A DNA stretch of 64,000 nt. It comes from Eledone cirrhosa. Lineage: Eukaryota. Location: positions 334,242,001-334,306,000 of the forward strand of contig OZ024743.1 of NCBI GenBank assembly GCA_964016885.1. The letters run 5' to 3'. Shown in pieces: positions 51,501 to 64,000 of this stretch (positions are counted from its first letter, which is position 1; each line of letters starts with the position of its first letter). Below the pieces are notes generated by a model. It was not told the DNA's origin and searched no databases. It was given only the letters and a program-made list of their open reading frames with translations. A program made the position numbers and the translations under genes.

Positions 51501-52720
51501 CCTGCTGAACTGGTCATTGCAAGAACTAAGTGAGATGGATGTTAGAACTTGAAAACTTCTCAGTGTTACTGGGAACTTTAACATCAATGGTGATGTGGAT
51601 AGGCTATACTTCTCACGCAAGGAAGGTGGCCGGGGTCTAAAATCAATATTAATAACATATGAGACCCGGATAGTAACACTGAAGCAACACCTTCAACAGA
51701 GGAAAAAGGTTGGCAACCATCTTGCCCAGGTTTATGAGCATGAAAAAAAATATATCATTAGAATAGCGACTGATCTGGAGGAGAGATATGGAATAAAGCC
51801 TGATATAAATCTCTCACCCAGAGAAATCGGAAGATCCTATTCAATGTTCAAACAAGATTAAAAAATTGACCAATTTACAGAAAAAGTTGTGCATGGATAC
51901 TTGAGGCGTAAAACACAGACCATAGAGGGGATAAACCACTCAAAAAGTCTGGCATGGAGTTCCGACAAGTTTATGACATCACACCTTGAGGGATATCTCT
52001 ATGCAATACAGGAACAAGAACTCCCTACCAAATATCTGCTGCACAAAAGAGGAGGGCCAGCAGCTGACAATAAATGTAGGCTATGTAAAACAAAGATAGA
52101 GGATGTAAGCTACATTGTTGCCAGCTGCGAAAGAATGTCATTTCGCTATTACCTCCCCATGAGACACGATGGGATAGCTAGAACCATCTGGAACGCACTT
52201 CGGAAAACAAAATTAACAACAAACGAGGAAGAATATATTGAGACAGATAGCACTAAGGAATACTGGTGGAACCTGAAAATAAAATCTGCCACCAAATTAA
52301 AGCACAACCGGCCTGATATTGTTGTTTGGGACCACACATTGAAAACGTGTTCTGTTGTGGAGATCAGCTGCCCACTTGATGTCAGAAAAATACAGGAGAA
52401 GGAGGACATCTACGAACCACTGATGAGGAGTTTACAAATCCAGTATCCAAGATACACCTTTAGCTTCATACCCATCATTATTGGAGCTACGGGTTATATA
52501 CCAACCCGCTTGGACCAAAGTATGACTGAACTTGGATTTGCGGACAAAAAGCGCAGCTCCCTAATTCATAGTCTACAAATGGCTGCGATAGCTGGCAACT
52601 TCAAAATTTGCAAAACATTCTTGCGATTCAAGGGATGACAATTTCTTTTCCTTTACAACCTTGCCACCAGGAAGATGGCCGGTCAAAAAATATACTTGAA
52701 ATTAAGAGAAAGAGATATAA
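48506..52720 (+). mobile_element. Near full-length R4/Dong-type LINE, family 1 (single ORF 49138-52638, broken by a few stops and frameshifts)
   Basis: N-terminal WSYELNKVLY..RLKTLW domain, RT (YRPIAC, WLDYQKAFDSVPHGW, QGDSLS, FVDDLKLY, YRYLG), CRLC..C knuckle and REL (HNRPDIVVWD..VEISCP). Preceded by (CATA)n and followed by catacata. Confidence 0.95.
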
Positions 52721-52727
52721 CATACAT

Positions 52728-53015
52728 AATGGCTTCCCCCTCATTATCGAGTATGGCCATTGCACGATTTAACATTTTTTTTTATTGAGCCGCCTGTTTT
52801 ATATCGGAGTTATCCCAGTTTCCTGAGTTGCCTTCTAAAAGAATGCCCTGACGAAGGCTAGGGGTTTTTCACTCCCAGTGGTTTAACCACGCGATCGGGT
52901 ATCCAGCCTGACTATTTCTATGTCCCCGCGCATGTAAATACATATGTACATACATATTTACAGACTTTTGGATGGCTGTTGACTCTTATGAGTTCTTCCG
53001 CCCTTTGTCAGGTTT
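52728..53015 (-). mobile_element. RTE-derived type A element (minus strand) whose tail hosts the R4 LINE
   Basis: Reverse complement of the type A 3' end (atactcgataatgagggggaagccat-tatgtatg) and body. Confidence 0.8.
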
Positions 53016-53042
53016 ACACACATACATACATATATACATACA

Positions 53043-53123
53043 TGAACTTGGATTTGTAGACAAAGAGCGTAGCTCCCTAATTCATAGTCTACAAATGGCT
53101 GCGATAGCTGGCACCTTCAAAAT
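53043..53123 (+). mobile_element. Tiny R4 family-1 fragment cut off by the satellite
   Basis: Encodes ELGFVDKERSSLIHSLQMAAIAGTFK; starts in (CATA)n and stops where the 22-bp array begins. Confidence 0.85.
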
Positions 53124-53124
53124 A

Positions 53125-56100
53125 TTTATAACGTATGCTATGTATAGTTATTGTGGATGCAATGTATAGTTATAGTGTATGCTATGTATAATTAAAGTGT
53201 ATCCTATGTATAGTTATAACGTATGCTATGTACAGTTATAGCGTATGCTCTGTATAGTTATAGTGTATGCTGTGTATAGTTATAGTGTATGCTATGTATA
53301 GTTATAACGTATGCTATTTATAGTTATAGTGTATGTTATGTATAGTTATAGTGTATGCTATATATATAGTTATAACGTATGATATGTATAGTTATAAAGT
53401 ATGCTATGTATAGTTATAGTGTATGCTATGTATAGTTATAACGTATGCTATGTATAGTTATAACGTATGCTATGTATAGTTATAAGGTATGCTATGTATA
53501 GTTATAATGTATGCTATGTATAGTTATAGTGTATCCTATGTATAGTTATGGTGTATCCTATGTATAGTTATAGTGTATCCTATGTATAGTTATAAAGTAT
53601 GCTATGTATAGTTATAGCGTATGCTTTGTATAGGTATAGTGTATGCTATGTATAGTTATAGTGTATGTTATGTATAGTTATAGTGTATGTTATGTAAAGT
53701 AATAGTGTATGCTATGTATAGTTATAACGTAAGCTATTTATAGTTATAGTGTATGCTATGTATAGTTATAGTGTATGCTATGTATAGTTATAACGTAAGC
53801 TATTTATAGTTATAGTGTATGCTATGTATAGTTAGAGTGTATGCTATGTATAGTTATAGTGTATGCTATGTATAGTTATAACGTATGTTATGTATAGTTG
53901 TGGTGTATGCAATGTATAATTATAGTGTATGCTATGTATAGTTATAACGTAAGCTATTTATAGTTATAGTGTATGCTATGTATAGTTATAGTGTATGCTA
54001 TGTATAGTTATAGTGTATGCTATGTATAGTTATGGTGTATACTATGTATAATTATAGTGTATGCTATGTATAGTTTTAACGTAGGCTATTTATAGTTATA
54101 GTGTATGCTATGTATAGTTATAACGTATGCTATGTATAGTTATAGTGTATGCTATGTATAGTTATAACGTAAGCTATTTATAGTTATAGTGTATGCTATG
54201 CATAGTTATAAGGTATGTAATGTATAGTTATAAGGTATGCTATGTATAGTTATAACGTAAGCTATTTATAGTTATAGTGTATGCTATGTATAGTTATAGT
54301 GCATGCTATGTAGAGTTATAGTGTATGCTATGTATAGTTATAACGTATGCTGTGTATAGTTATAGTGTATGCTATGCATAGTTATAACGTATGCTGTGTA
54401 TAGTTATAACGTATTATATGTATAGTTATAACGTATGCTGTGTATAGTTATAGCGTATGCTATGTATAGTTATAACGTATGCTATGTATAGTTATAACGT
54501 ATGCTGTGTATAGTTATAGCGTATGCTATGTATAGTTATAACGTATGCTGTGTATTGTTGTAGTGTATTCTATGTATAGTTATAACGTATGCTATATATA
54601 GTTATAGTGTATGCTATGTATAGTTATAGTGTATGCTATGTATAGTTATAACGTAAGCTATTTATAGTTATAGTGTATGCTATATATAGTTATAACGTAT
54701 GCTATGTATAGATATAGTGTATGCTATGTATAGTTATAACGTATGCTACGTATAATTATAGTGTATGCTATGTATAGTTATAGTAGATGCTATGTATAGT
54801 TATAACGTATGCTATGTATAGTTATAGTGTATGCTATGTATAGTTATAGTGCATGCTATGTATAGTTATAACGTATGCTATGTATAGTTATGCTTTATGC
54901 TATGTATAGTTATAAGGTATACTATGTATAGTTATAGTGTATGCTATGTATAGTTATAACGTATGCAATGTATATTTATAGTGTATGCTATGTATAGTTA
55001 TAGTGTATGCTATGTATAGTTATAACGTATGCTATACATAGTCATAGTGTATGCTATGTATAGTTATAACGTATGCTATGTATAATTATAGTGTATGCTA
55101 TGTATAGTTATAGTGTATGCTATGTATAGTTATAACATATGCTATATATAGTCATAGTGTATGCTATGTATAGTTATAACGTATGCTATGTATAATTATA
55201 GTGTATGCTATGTATAGTTATAGTGTATGCTATGTATAGTTATAACGTATAGTTATAGTGTATGCTATGTATAGTTATAAGGTATGATATGTATAGTTAT
55301 AACGTATGCTGTGTATAGTTATAGTGTATGCTATGTATAGTTATAACGTATGCTATGTATAGTTAAAGTGTATGCTATGCATAGTTATAGTGTATGCTAT
55401 GTATAGTTATAAGGTATGATATGTATAGTTATAGTGTATGCTATGTATATTTATAACGTATGCTATCTATAGTTATAGTGTATGTTTTGTAGAGCTATAG
55501 TGTATGCTATGTATAGTTATAACGTATGCTATGTATAGTTATAGTGTATGCTATGTATAGTTATAAGGTATGCTATGTATAGTTATAGTGTATGCTATGT
55601 ATAATTATAGTGTATCCTATGTATAGTTATAATGTATGCTATGTAAAGGTATAGCGCATGCTATGTATAGTTATACTGTATGCTCTATATAGTTATAGTG
55701 TATGCTATGTATAGTTATAGTGTATGCTATGTATAGTTATAATGTAGGCTATTTATAGTTATAGTGTATGCTATATATAGTTATAACGTATGCTATCTAT
55801 AGACATAGTGTATGCTATGTATAGTTATAACGTATGCTATGTATAGTTATAGTGTATGCTATGTATAGTTATAGTAGATTCTATGTATAGTTATAACGTA
55901 TGCTATGTATAGTTATAGTGTATGCTATGTATAGTTATAGTGCATGCTATGTATAGTTATAACGTATGCTATGTATAGTTATAGTGTATGCTATGTATAG
56001 TTATAACGTAAGCTATTTATAGTTATAGTGTATGCTATGTATAGTTATAGTGCATGCTATGTAGAGTTATAGTGTATGCTATGTATAGTTATAACGTATG

Positions 56101-59100
56101 CTGTGTATAGTTATAGTGTATGCTATGTAAAGTTATAACGTATGCTGTGTATAGTTATAACGTATTATATGTATAGTTATAACGTATGCTGTGTATAGTT
56201 ATAGCGTATGCTATGTATAGTTATAACGTATGCTATGTATAGTTATAACGTATGCTGTGTATAGTTATAGCGTATGATATGTATAGTTATAACGTATGCT
56301 GTGTATTGTCGTAGTGTATGTTATGTATAGTTATAACGTATGCTATATAAAGTTATAGTGTATGCTATGTATAGTTATAGCGTATGCTATGTATAGTTAT
56401 AACGTATGCTATGTATAGTTATAACGTATGCTGTGTATAGTTATAGCGTATGCTATGTATATTTATAACGTATGCTGTGTATTGTTGTAGTGTATTCTAT
56501 GTATAGTTATAACGTATGCTATATATAGTTATAGTGTATGCTATGTATAGTTATAGTGTATGCTATGTATAGATATAACGTAAGCTATTTATAGTTATAG
56601 TGTATGCTATATATAGTTATAACATATGCTATGTATAGATATAGTGTATGCTATGTATAGTTATAACGTATGCTATGTATAATTATAGTGTATGCTATGT
56701 ATAGTTATAGTAGATGCTATGTATAGTTATAACGTATGCTATGTATAGTTATAGTGTATGCTATGTATAGTTATAGTGCATGCTATGTATAGTTATAACG
56801 TATGCTATGTATAGTTATAGTTTATGCTATGTATAGTTATAAGGTATACTATGTATAGTTATAGTGTATGCTATGTATAGTTATAACGTATGCAATGTAT
56901 ATTTATAGTGTATGCTATGTATAGTTATAGTGTATGCTATGTATAGTTATAACGTATGCTATATATAGTCATAGTGTATGCTATGTATAGTTATAACGTA
57001 TGCTATGTATAATTATAGTGTATGCTATGTATAGTTATAGTGTATGCTATGTATAGTTATAACATATGCTATATATAGTCATAGTGAATGCTATGTATAG
57101 CTATAACGTATGCTATGTATAGTCATAGTGTATGCTATGTATAGTTATAACGTATGCTATGTATAGTTATAGTGTATGCTATGTATAGTTATAACGTATG
57201 CTATGTATAGTTATAATATATGCTATGTAGAGTAATAGTGTATGCTATGTATAGTTATAAGGTATGCTATGTATAATTATAGTGTATGCTATGTATAGTT
57301 ATAGTGTATGCTATGTATAGTTATAACGCATAGTTATAGTGTATGCTATGTATAGTTATAAGGTATGTTATGTATAGTTATAACGTATGCTGTGTATAGT
57401 TATAGTGTATGCTATGTATAGTTATAACGTATGCTATGTATAGTTAAAGTGTATGCTATGCATAGTTATAGTGTATGCTATGTATAGTTATAAGGTATGA
57501 TATGTATAGCTATAGTGTATGCTATGTATAGTTATAACGTATGCTATGTATAGTTATAGTGTATGTTATGTAGAGCTATAGTGTATGCTATGTATAGTTA
57601 TAACGTATGCTATGTATAGTTATAGTGTATGCTATGTATAGTTATAAGGTATGCTATGTATAGTTATAGTGTATGCTACGTATAATTATAGTGTATCCTA
57701 TGTATAGTTATAATGTATGCTTTGTATAGGTATAGCGCATGCTATGTATAGTTATACTGTATGCTCTATATAGTTATAGTGTATGCTATGTATAGTTATA
57801 GTGTATGCTATGTATAGTTATAATGTAGGCTATTTATAGCTATAGTGTATGCTATATATAGTTATAACGTATGCTATGTATAGACATAGTGTATGCTATG
57901 TATAGTTATAACGTATGCTATGTATAGTTATAGTGTATGCTATGTATAGTTATAGTAGATTCTATGTATAGTTATAACGTATGCTATGTATAGTTATAGT
58001 GTATGCTATGTATAGTTATAGTGCATGCTATGTATAGTTATAACGTATGCTATGTATAGTTATAGTGTATGCTATGTATAGTTATAACGTATGCTGTGTA
58101 TAGTTATAACGTATTATATGTATAGTTATAACGTATGCTGTGTATAGTTATAGCGTATGCTATGTATAGTTATAACGTATGCTATGTATAGTTATAACGT
58201 ATGCAATGTATAGTTATAGTGTATGCTATGTATAGTTATAGTGTATGCTATGTATAGTTATAACGTATGCTATATATAGTCATAGTGTATGCTATGTATA
58301 GTTATAACGTAAGCTATTTATAGTTATAGTGTATGCTATGTATAGTTATAGTGCATGCTATGTAGAGTTATAGTGTATGCTATGTATAGTTATAACGTAT
58401 GCTGTGTATAGTTATAGTGTATGCTATGTAAAGTTATAACGTATGCTGTGTATAGTTATAACGTATTATATGTATAGTTATAACGTATGCTGTGTATAGT
58501 TATAGCGTATGCTATGTATAGTTATAACGTATGCTATGTATAGTTATAACGTATGCTATGTATAGTTATAGTGTATGCTATGTATAGTTATAGTAGATGC
58601 TATGTATAGTTATAACGTATGCTATGTATAGTTATAGTGTATGCTATGTATAGTTATAACGTATGCTATGTATAGTTATAGTGTATGCTATGTATAGTTA
58701 TAACGTATGCAATGTATAGTTATAGTGTATGCTATGTATAGTTATAGTGTATGCTATGTATAGTTATAACGTATGCTATATATAGTCATAGTGTATGCTA
58801 TGTATAGTTATAACGTATGCTATGTATAATTATAGTGTATGCTATGTATAGTTATAGTGTATGCTACGTATAGTTATAACATATGCTATATATAGTCATA
58901 GTGAATGCTATGTATAGTTATAACGTATGCTATGTATAGTCATAGTGTATGCTATGTATAGTTATAACGTATGCTATGTATAGTTATAATGTATGCTATG
59001 TATAGTTATAACGTATGCTATGTATAGTTATAACATATGCTATGTATAGTAATAGTGTATGCTATGTATAGTTATAACGTATGCTATGTATAATTATAGT

Positions 59101-62100
59101 GTATGCTATGTATAGTTATAGTGTATGCTATGTATAGTTATAAGGTATGATATGTATAGTTATAACGTATGCTGTGTATAGTTATAGTGTATGCTATGTA
59201 TAGTTATAACGTATGCTATGTATAGTTAAAGTGTATGCTATGCATAGTTATAGTGTATGCTATGTATAATTATAGTGTATGCTATGTATAGTTATAGCGC
59301 ATGCTATGTATAGTTATACTGTATGCTCTATATAGTTATAGTGTATGCTATGTATAGTTATAGTGTATGCTATGTATAGTTATAACGTAGGCTATTTATA
59401 GTTATAGTGTATGCTATATATAGTTATAACGTATGCTATGTCTAGACATAGGGTATGCTATGTATAGTTATAACGTATGCTATGTATAGTTATAGTGTAT
59501 GCTATGTATAGTTATAGTAGATTCTATGTATAGTTATAACGTATGCTATGTATAGTTATAGTGTATGCTATGTATAGTTATAGTGCATGCTATGTATAGT
59601 TATAACGTATGCTATGTATAGTTATAGTGTATGCTATGTATAGTTATAACGTAAGCTATTTATAGTTATAGTGTATGCTATGTATAGTTATAGTGCATGC
59701 TATGTAGAGTTATAGTGTATGCTATGTATAGTTATAACGTATGCTGTGTATAGTTATAGTGTATGCTATGTATAGTTACAACGTATGCTGTGTATAGTTA
59801 TAACGTATTATATGTATAGTTATAACGTATGCTGTGTATAGTTATAGCGTATGCTATGTATAGTTATAACGTATGCTATGTATAGTTATAACGTATGCTG
59901 TGTATAGTTATAGCGTATGCTATGTATAGTTATAACGTATGCTGTGTATTGTCGTAGTGTATGCTATGTATAGTTATAACGTATGCTATATATAGTTATA
60001 GTGTATGCTATGTATAGTTATAGTGTATGCTATGTAGAGTTATAACATAAGCTATTTATAGTTATAGTGTATGCTATATATAGTTATAAGGTATGCTATG
60101 TATAGATATAGTGTATGCTATGTATAGTTATAACGTATGCTATGTATAGTTATAGTGTATGCTATGTATAGTTATAGTAGATGCTATGTATAGTTATAGC
60201 GTATGCTATGTATAGTTATAGTGTATGCTATGTATAGTTATAGTGCATGCTATGTATAGTTATAACGTATGCTATGTATAGTTATAGTGTATGCTATGTA
60301 TAGTTATAACGTATGCTTTGTATAGTTATAGTGTATGCTATGTATAGTTATAACGTATGCAATGTATAGTTATAGTGTATGCTATGTATAGTTATAGTGT
60401 ATGCTATGTATAGTTATAACATATGCTATATATAGTCATAGTGAATGCTATGTATAGTTATAACGTATGCTATGTATAGTCATAGTGTATGCTATGTATA
60501 GTTATAACGTATGCTATGTATAGTTATAGTGTATGCTATGTATAGTTATAACGTATGCTATGTATAGTTATAACATATGCTATGTATAGTAATAGTGTAT
60601 GCTATGTATAGTTATAACGTATGCTATGTATAATTATAGTGTATGCTATGTATAGTTATAGTGTATGCTATGTATAGTTATAACGTATAGTTATAGTGTA
60701 TGCTATGTATAGTTATAAGGTATGATATGTATAGTTATAACGTATGCTGTGTATAGTTATAGTGTATGCTATGTATAGTTATAACGTATGCTATGTATAG
60801 TTAAAGTGTATGCTATGCATAGTTATAGTGTATGCTATGTATAGTTATAAGGTATGATATGTATAGTTATAGTGTATGCTATGTATAGTTATAACGTATG
60901 CTATGTATAGTTATAGTGTATCCTATGTATAGTTATATTGTATGCTATGTATAGTTATAGCGCATGCTATGTATAGTTATACTGTATGCTCTATATAATT
61001 ATAACGTATGCTATGTATAGTTATAGTGTATGCTATGTATAGTTATAGTAGATTCTATGTATAGTTATAACGTATGCTATGTATAGTTATAGTGTATGCT
61101 ATGTATAGTTATAGTGCATGCTATGTATAGTTATAACGTATGCTATGTATAGTTATAGTGTATGCTATGTATAGTTATAACGTATGCTATATATAGTCAT
61201 AGTGTATGCTATGTATAGTTATAACGTATGCTATGTATAGTCATAGTGTATGCTATGTATAGTTATAACGTATGCTATGTATAGTTATAGTGTATGCTAT
61301 GTATAGTTATAACGTATGCTATGTATAGTTATAACATATGCTATGTATAGTAATAGTGTATGCTATGTATAGTTATAACGTATGCTATGTATAATTATAG
61401 TGTATGCTATGTATAGTTATAGTGTATGCTATGTATAGTTATAAGGTATGATATGTATAGTTATAACGTATGCTGTGTATAGTTATAGTGTATGCTATGT
61501 ATAGTTATAACGTATGCTATGTATAGTTAAAGTGTATGCTATGCATAGTTATAGTGTATGCTATGTATAATTATAGTGTATGCTATGTATAGTTATAGCG
61601 CATGCTATGTATACTTATACTGTATGCTCTATATAGTTATAGTGTATGCTATGTATAGTTATAGTGTATGCTATGTATAGTTATAACGTAGGCTATTTAT
61701 AGTTATAGTGTATGCTATATATAGTTATAACGTATGCTATGTATAGACATAGTGTATGCTATGTATAGTTATAACGTATGCTATGTATAGTTATAGTGTA
61801 TGCTATGTATAGTTATAGTAGATTCTATGTATAGTTATAACGTATGCTATGTATAGTTATAGTGTATGCTATGTATAGTTATAGTGCATGCTATGTATAG
61901 TTATAACGTATGCTATGTATAGTTATCGTGTATGCTATGTATAGTTATAACGTAAGCTATTTATAGTTATAGTGTATGCTATGTATAGTTATAGTGCATG
62001 CTATGTAGAGTTATAGTGTATGCTATGTATAGTTATAACGTATGCTGTGTATAGTTATAGTGTATGCTATGTATAGTTATAACGTATGCTGTGTATAGTT

Positions 62101-64000
62101 ATAGCGTATGCTATGTATAGTTATAACGTATGCTATGTATAGTTATAACGTATGCTGTGTATAGTTATAGCGTATGCTATGTATAGTTATAACGTATGCT
62201 GTGTATTGTCGTAGTGTATGCTATGTATAGTTATAACGTATGCTATATATAGTTATAGTGTATGCTATGTATAGTTATAGTGTATGCTATGTAGAGTTAT
62301 AACATAAGCTATTTATAGTTATAGTGTATGCTATATATAGTTATAAGGTATGCTATGTATAGATATAGTGTATGCTATGTATAGTTATAACGTATGCTAT
62401 GTATAGTTATAGTGTATGCTATGTATAGTTATAGTAGATGCTATGTATAGTTATAGCGTATGCTATGTATAGTTATAGTGTATGCTATGTATAGTTATAG
62501 TGCATGCTATGTATAGTTATAACGTATGCTATGTATAGTTATAGTGTATGCTATGTATAGTTATAACGTATGCTTTGTATAGTTATAGTGTATGCTATGT
62601 ATAGTTATAACGTATGCAATGTATAGTTATAGTGTATGCTATGTATAGTTATAGTGTATGCTATGTATAGTTATAACGTATGCTATATATAGTCATAGTG
62701 TATGCTATGTATAGTTATAACGTATGCTATGTATAATTATAGTGTATGCTATGTATAGTTATAGTGTATGCTATGTATACTTATAACATATGCTATATAT
62801 AGTCATAGTGAATTCTATGTATAGTTATAACGTATGCTATGTATAGTCATAGTGTATGCTATGTATAGTTATAACGTATGCTATGTATAGTTATAGTGTA
62901 TGCTATGTATAGTTATAACGTATGCTATGTATAGTTATAACATATGCTATGTATAGTAATAGTGTATGCTATGTATAGTTATAACGTATGCTATGTATAA
63001 TTATAGTGTATGCTATGTATAGTTATAGTGTATGCTATGTATAGTTATAACGTATAGTTATAGTGTATGCTATGTATCGTTATAAGGTATGATATGTATA
63101 GTTATAACGTATGCTGTGTATAGTTATAGTGTGTGCTATGTATAGTTATAACGTATGCTATGTATAGTTAAAGTGTATGCTATGCATAGTTATAGTGTAT
63201 GCTATGTATAGTTATAAGGTATGATATGTATAGTTATAGTGTATGCTATGTATAGTTATAACGTATGCTATGTATAGTTATAGTGTATCCTATGTATAGT
63301 TATATTGTATGCTATGTATAGTTATAGCGCATGCTATGTATAGTTATACTGTATGCTCTATATAGTTATAGTGTATGCTATGTATAGTAATAGTGTATGC
63401 TATGTATCGTTATAACTTAAGCTATTTATAGTTATAGTGTATGCTATATATAGTTATAACGTATGCTATGTATAGACATAGTGTATGCTATGTATAGTTA
63501 TAACGTATGCTATGTATAGTTATAGTGTATGCTATGTATAGTTATAGTAGATTCTATGTATAGTTATAACGTATGCTATGTATAGTTATAGTGTATGCTA
63601 TGTATAGTTATAGTGCATGCTATGTATAGTTATAACGTATGCTATGTATAGTTATAGTGTATGCTATGTATAGTTATAACGTATAGTTATAGTGTATGCT
63701 ATGTATAGTTATAACGTATGCTATATATAGTCATAGTGTATGCTATGTATAGTTATAACGTATGCTATGTATAATTATAGTGTATGCTATGTATAGTTAT
63801 AGTGTATGCTTTGTATAGTTATAACGTATAGTTATAGTGTATGCTATGTATAGTTATAAGGTATGCTATGTATAGTTATAACGTATGCGGTGTATAGTTA
63901 TAGTGTATGCTATGTATAGTTATAACGTATGCTATGTATAGTTAAAGTGTATGCTATGCATAGTTATAGTGCATGCTATGTATAGTTATAAGTTATGCTA
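53125..64000. repeat. 22-bp satellite array, at least 10.9 kb, running off the window
   Basis: Two main variants, tatagttatagtgtatgctatg and tatagttataacgtatgctatg, plus recurring minor variants. Confidence 0.98.

Overview
Repeat-rich animal genomic DNA, most likely an octopod cephalopod (inferred from Nin/Deu-core tRNA-SINEs of the octopus OR/OK type and a molluscan GRL101-like receptor). The only host gene I can support is a minus-strand LGR/GRL101-type GPCR, with three clean exons encoding TM2-TM7 (20016-19775, 18709-18295, 3936-3768) and possibly a short last exon. Nearly everything else is intronic retroelement or satellite sequence. It includes two families of R4/Dong-type REL-endonuclease LINEs (two near-full-length copies plus 5'-truncated ones), RTE LINE fragments and RTE-derived bipartite non-autonomous elements, Tx1/L1 fragments and a CRE fragment. 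There is also a Penelope-like (probably Naiad-type) GIY-YIG element with inverted pLTRs and hammerhead ribozymes, and tandem arrays of 10, 22, 39 and 41 bp. The main pattern is a (TATG)n-centred retroelement nest with strict strand polarity: RTE-derived elements lay down (TATG)n tails and the R4/Dong LINEs insert into (TATG)n in the opposite orientation, once visibly inside an RTE-SINE tail. Other points of interest are minimal hammerheads with very long stem II and satellites that arose inside retroelements. No CRISPR, rRNA or true tRNA genes were seen. All family assignments are by-eye motif recognition, not database searches.
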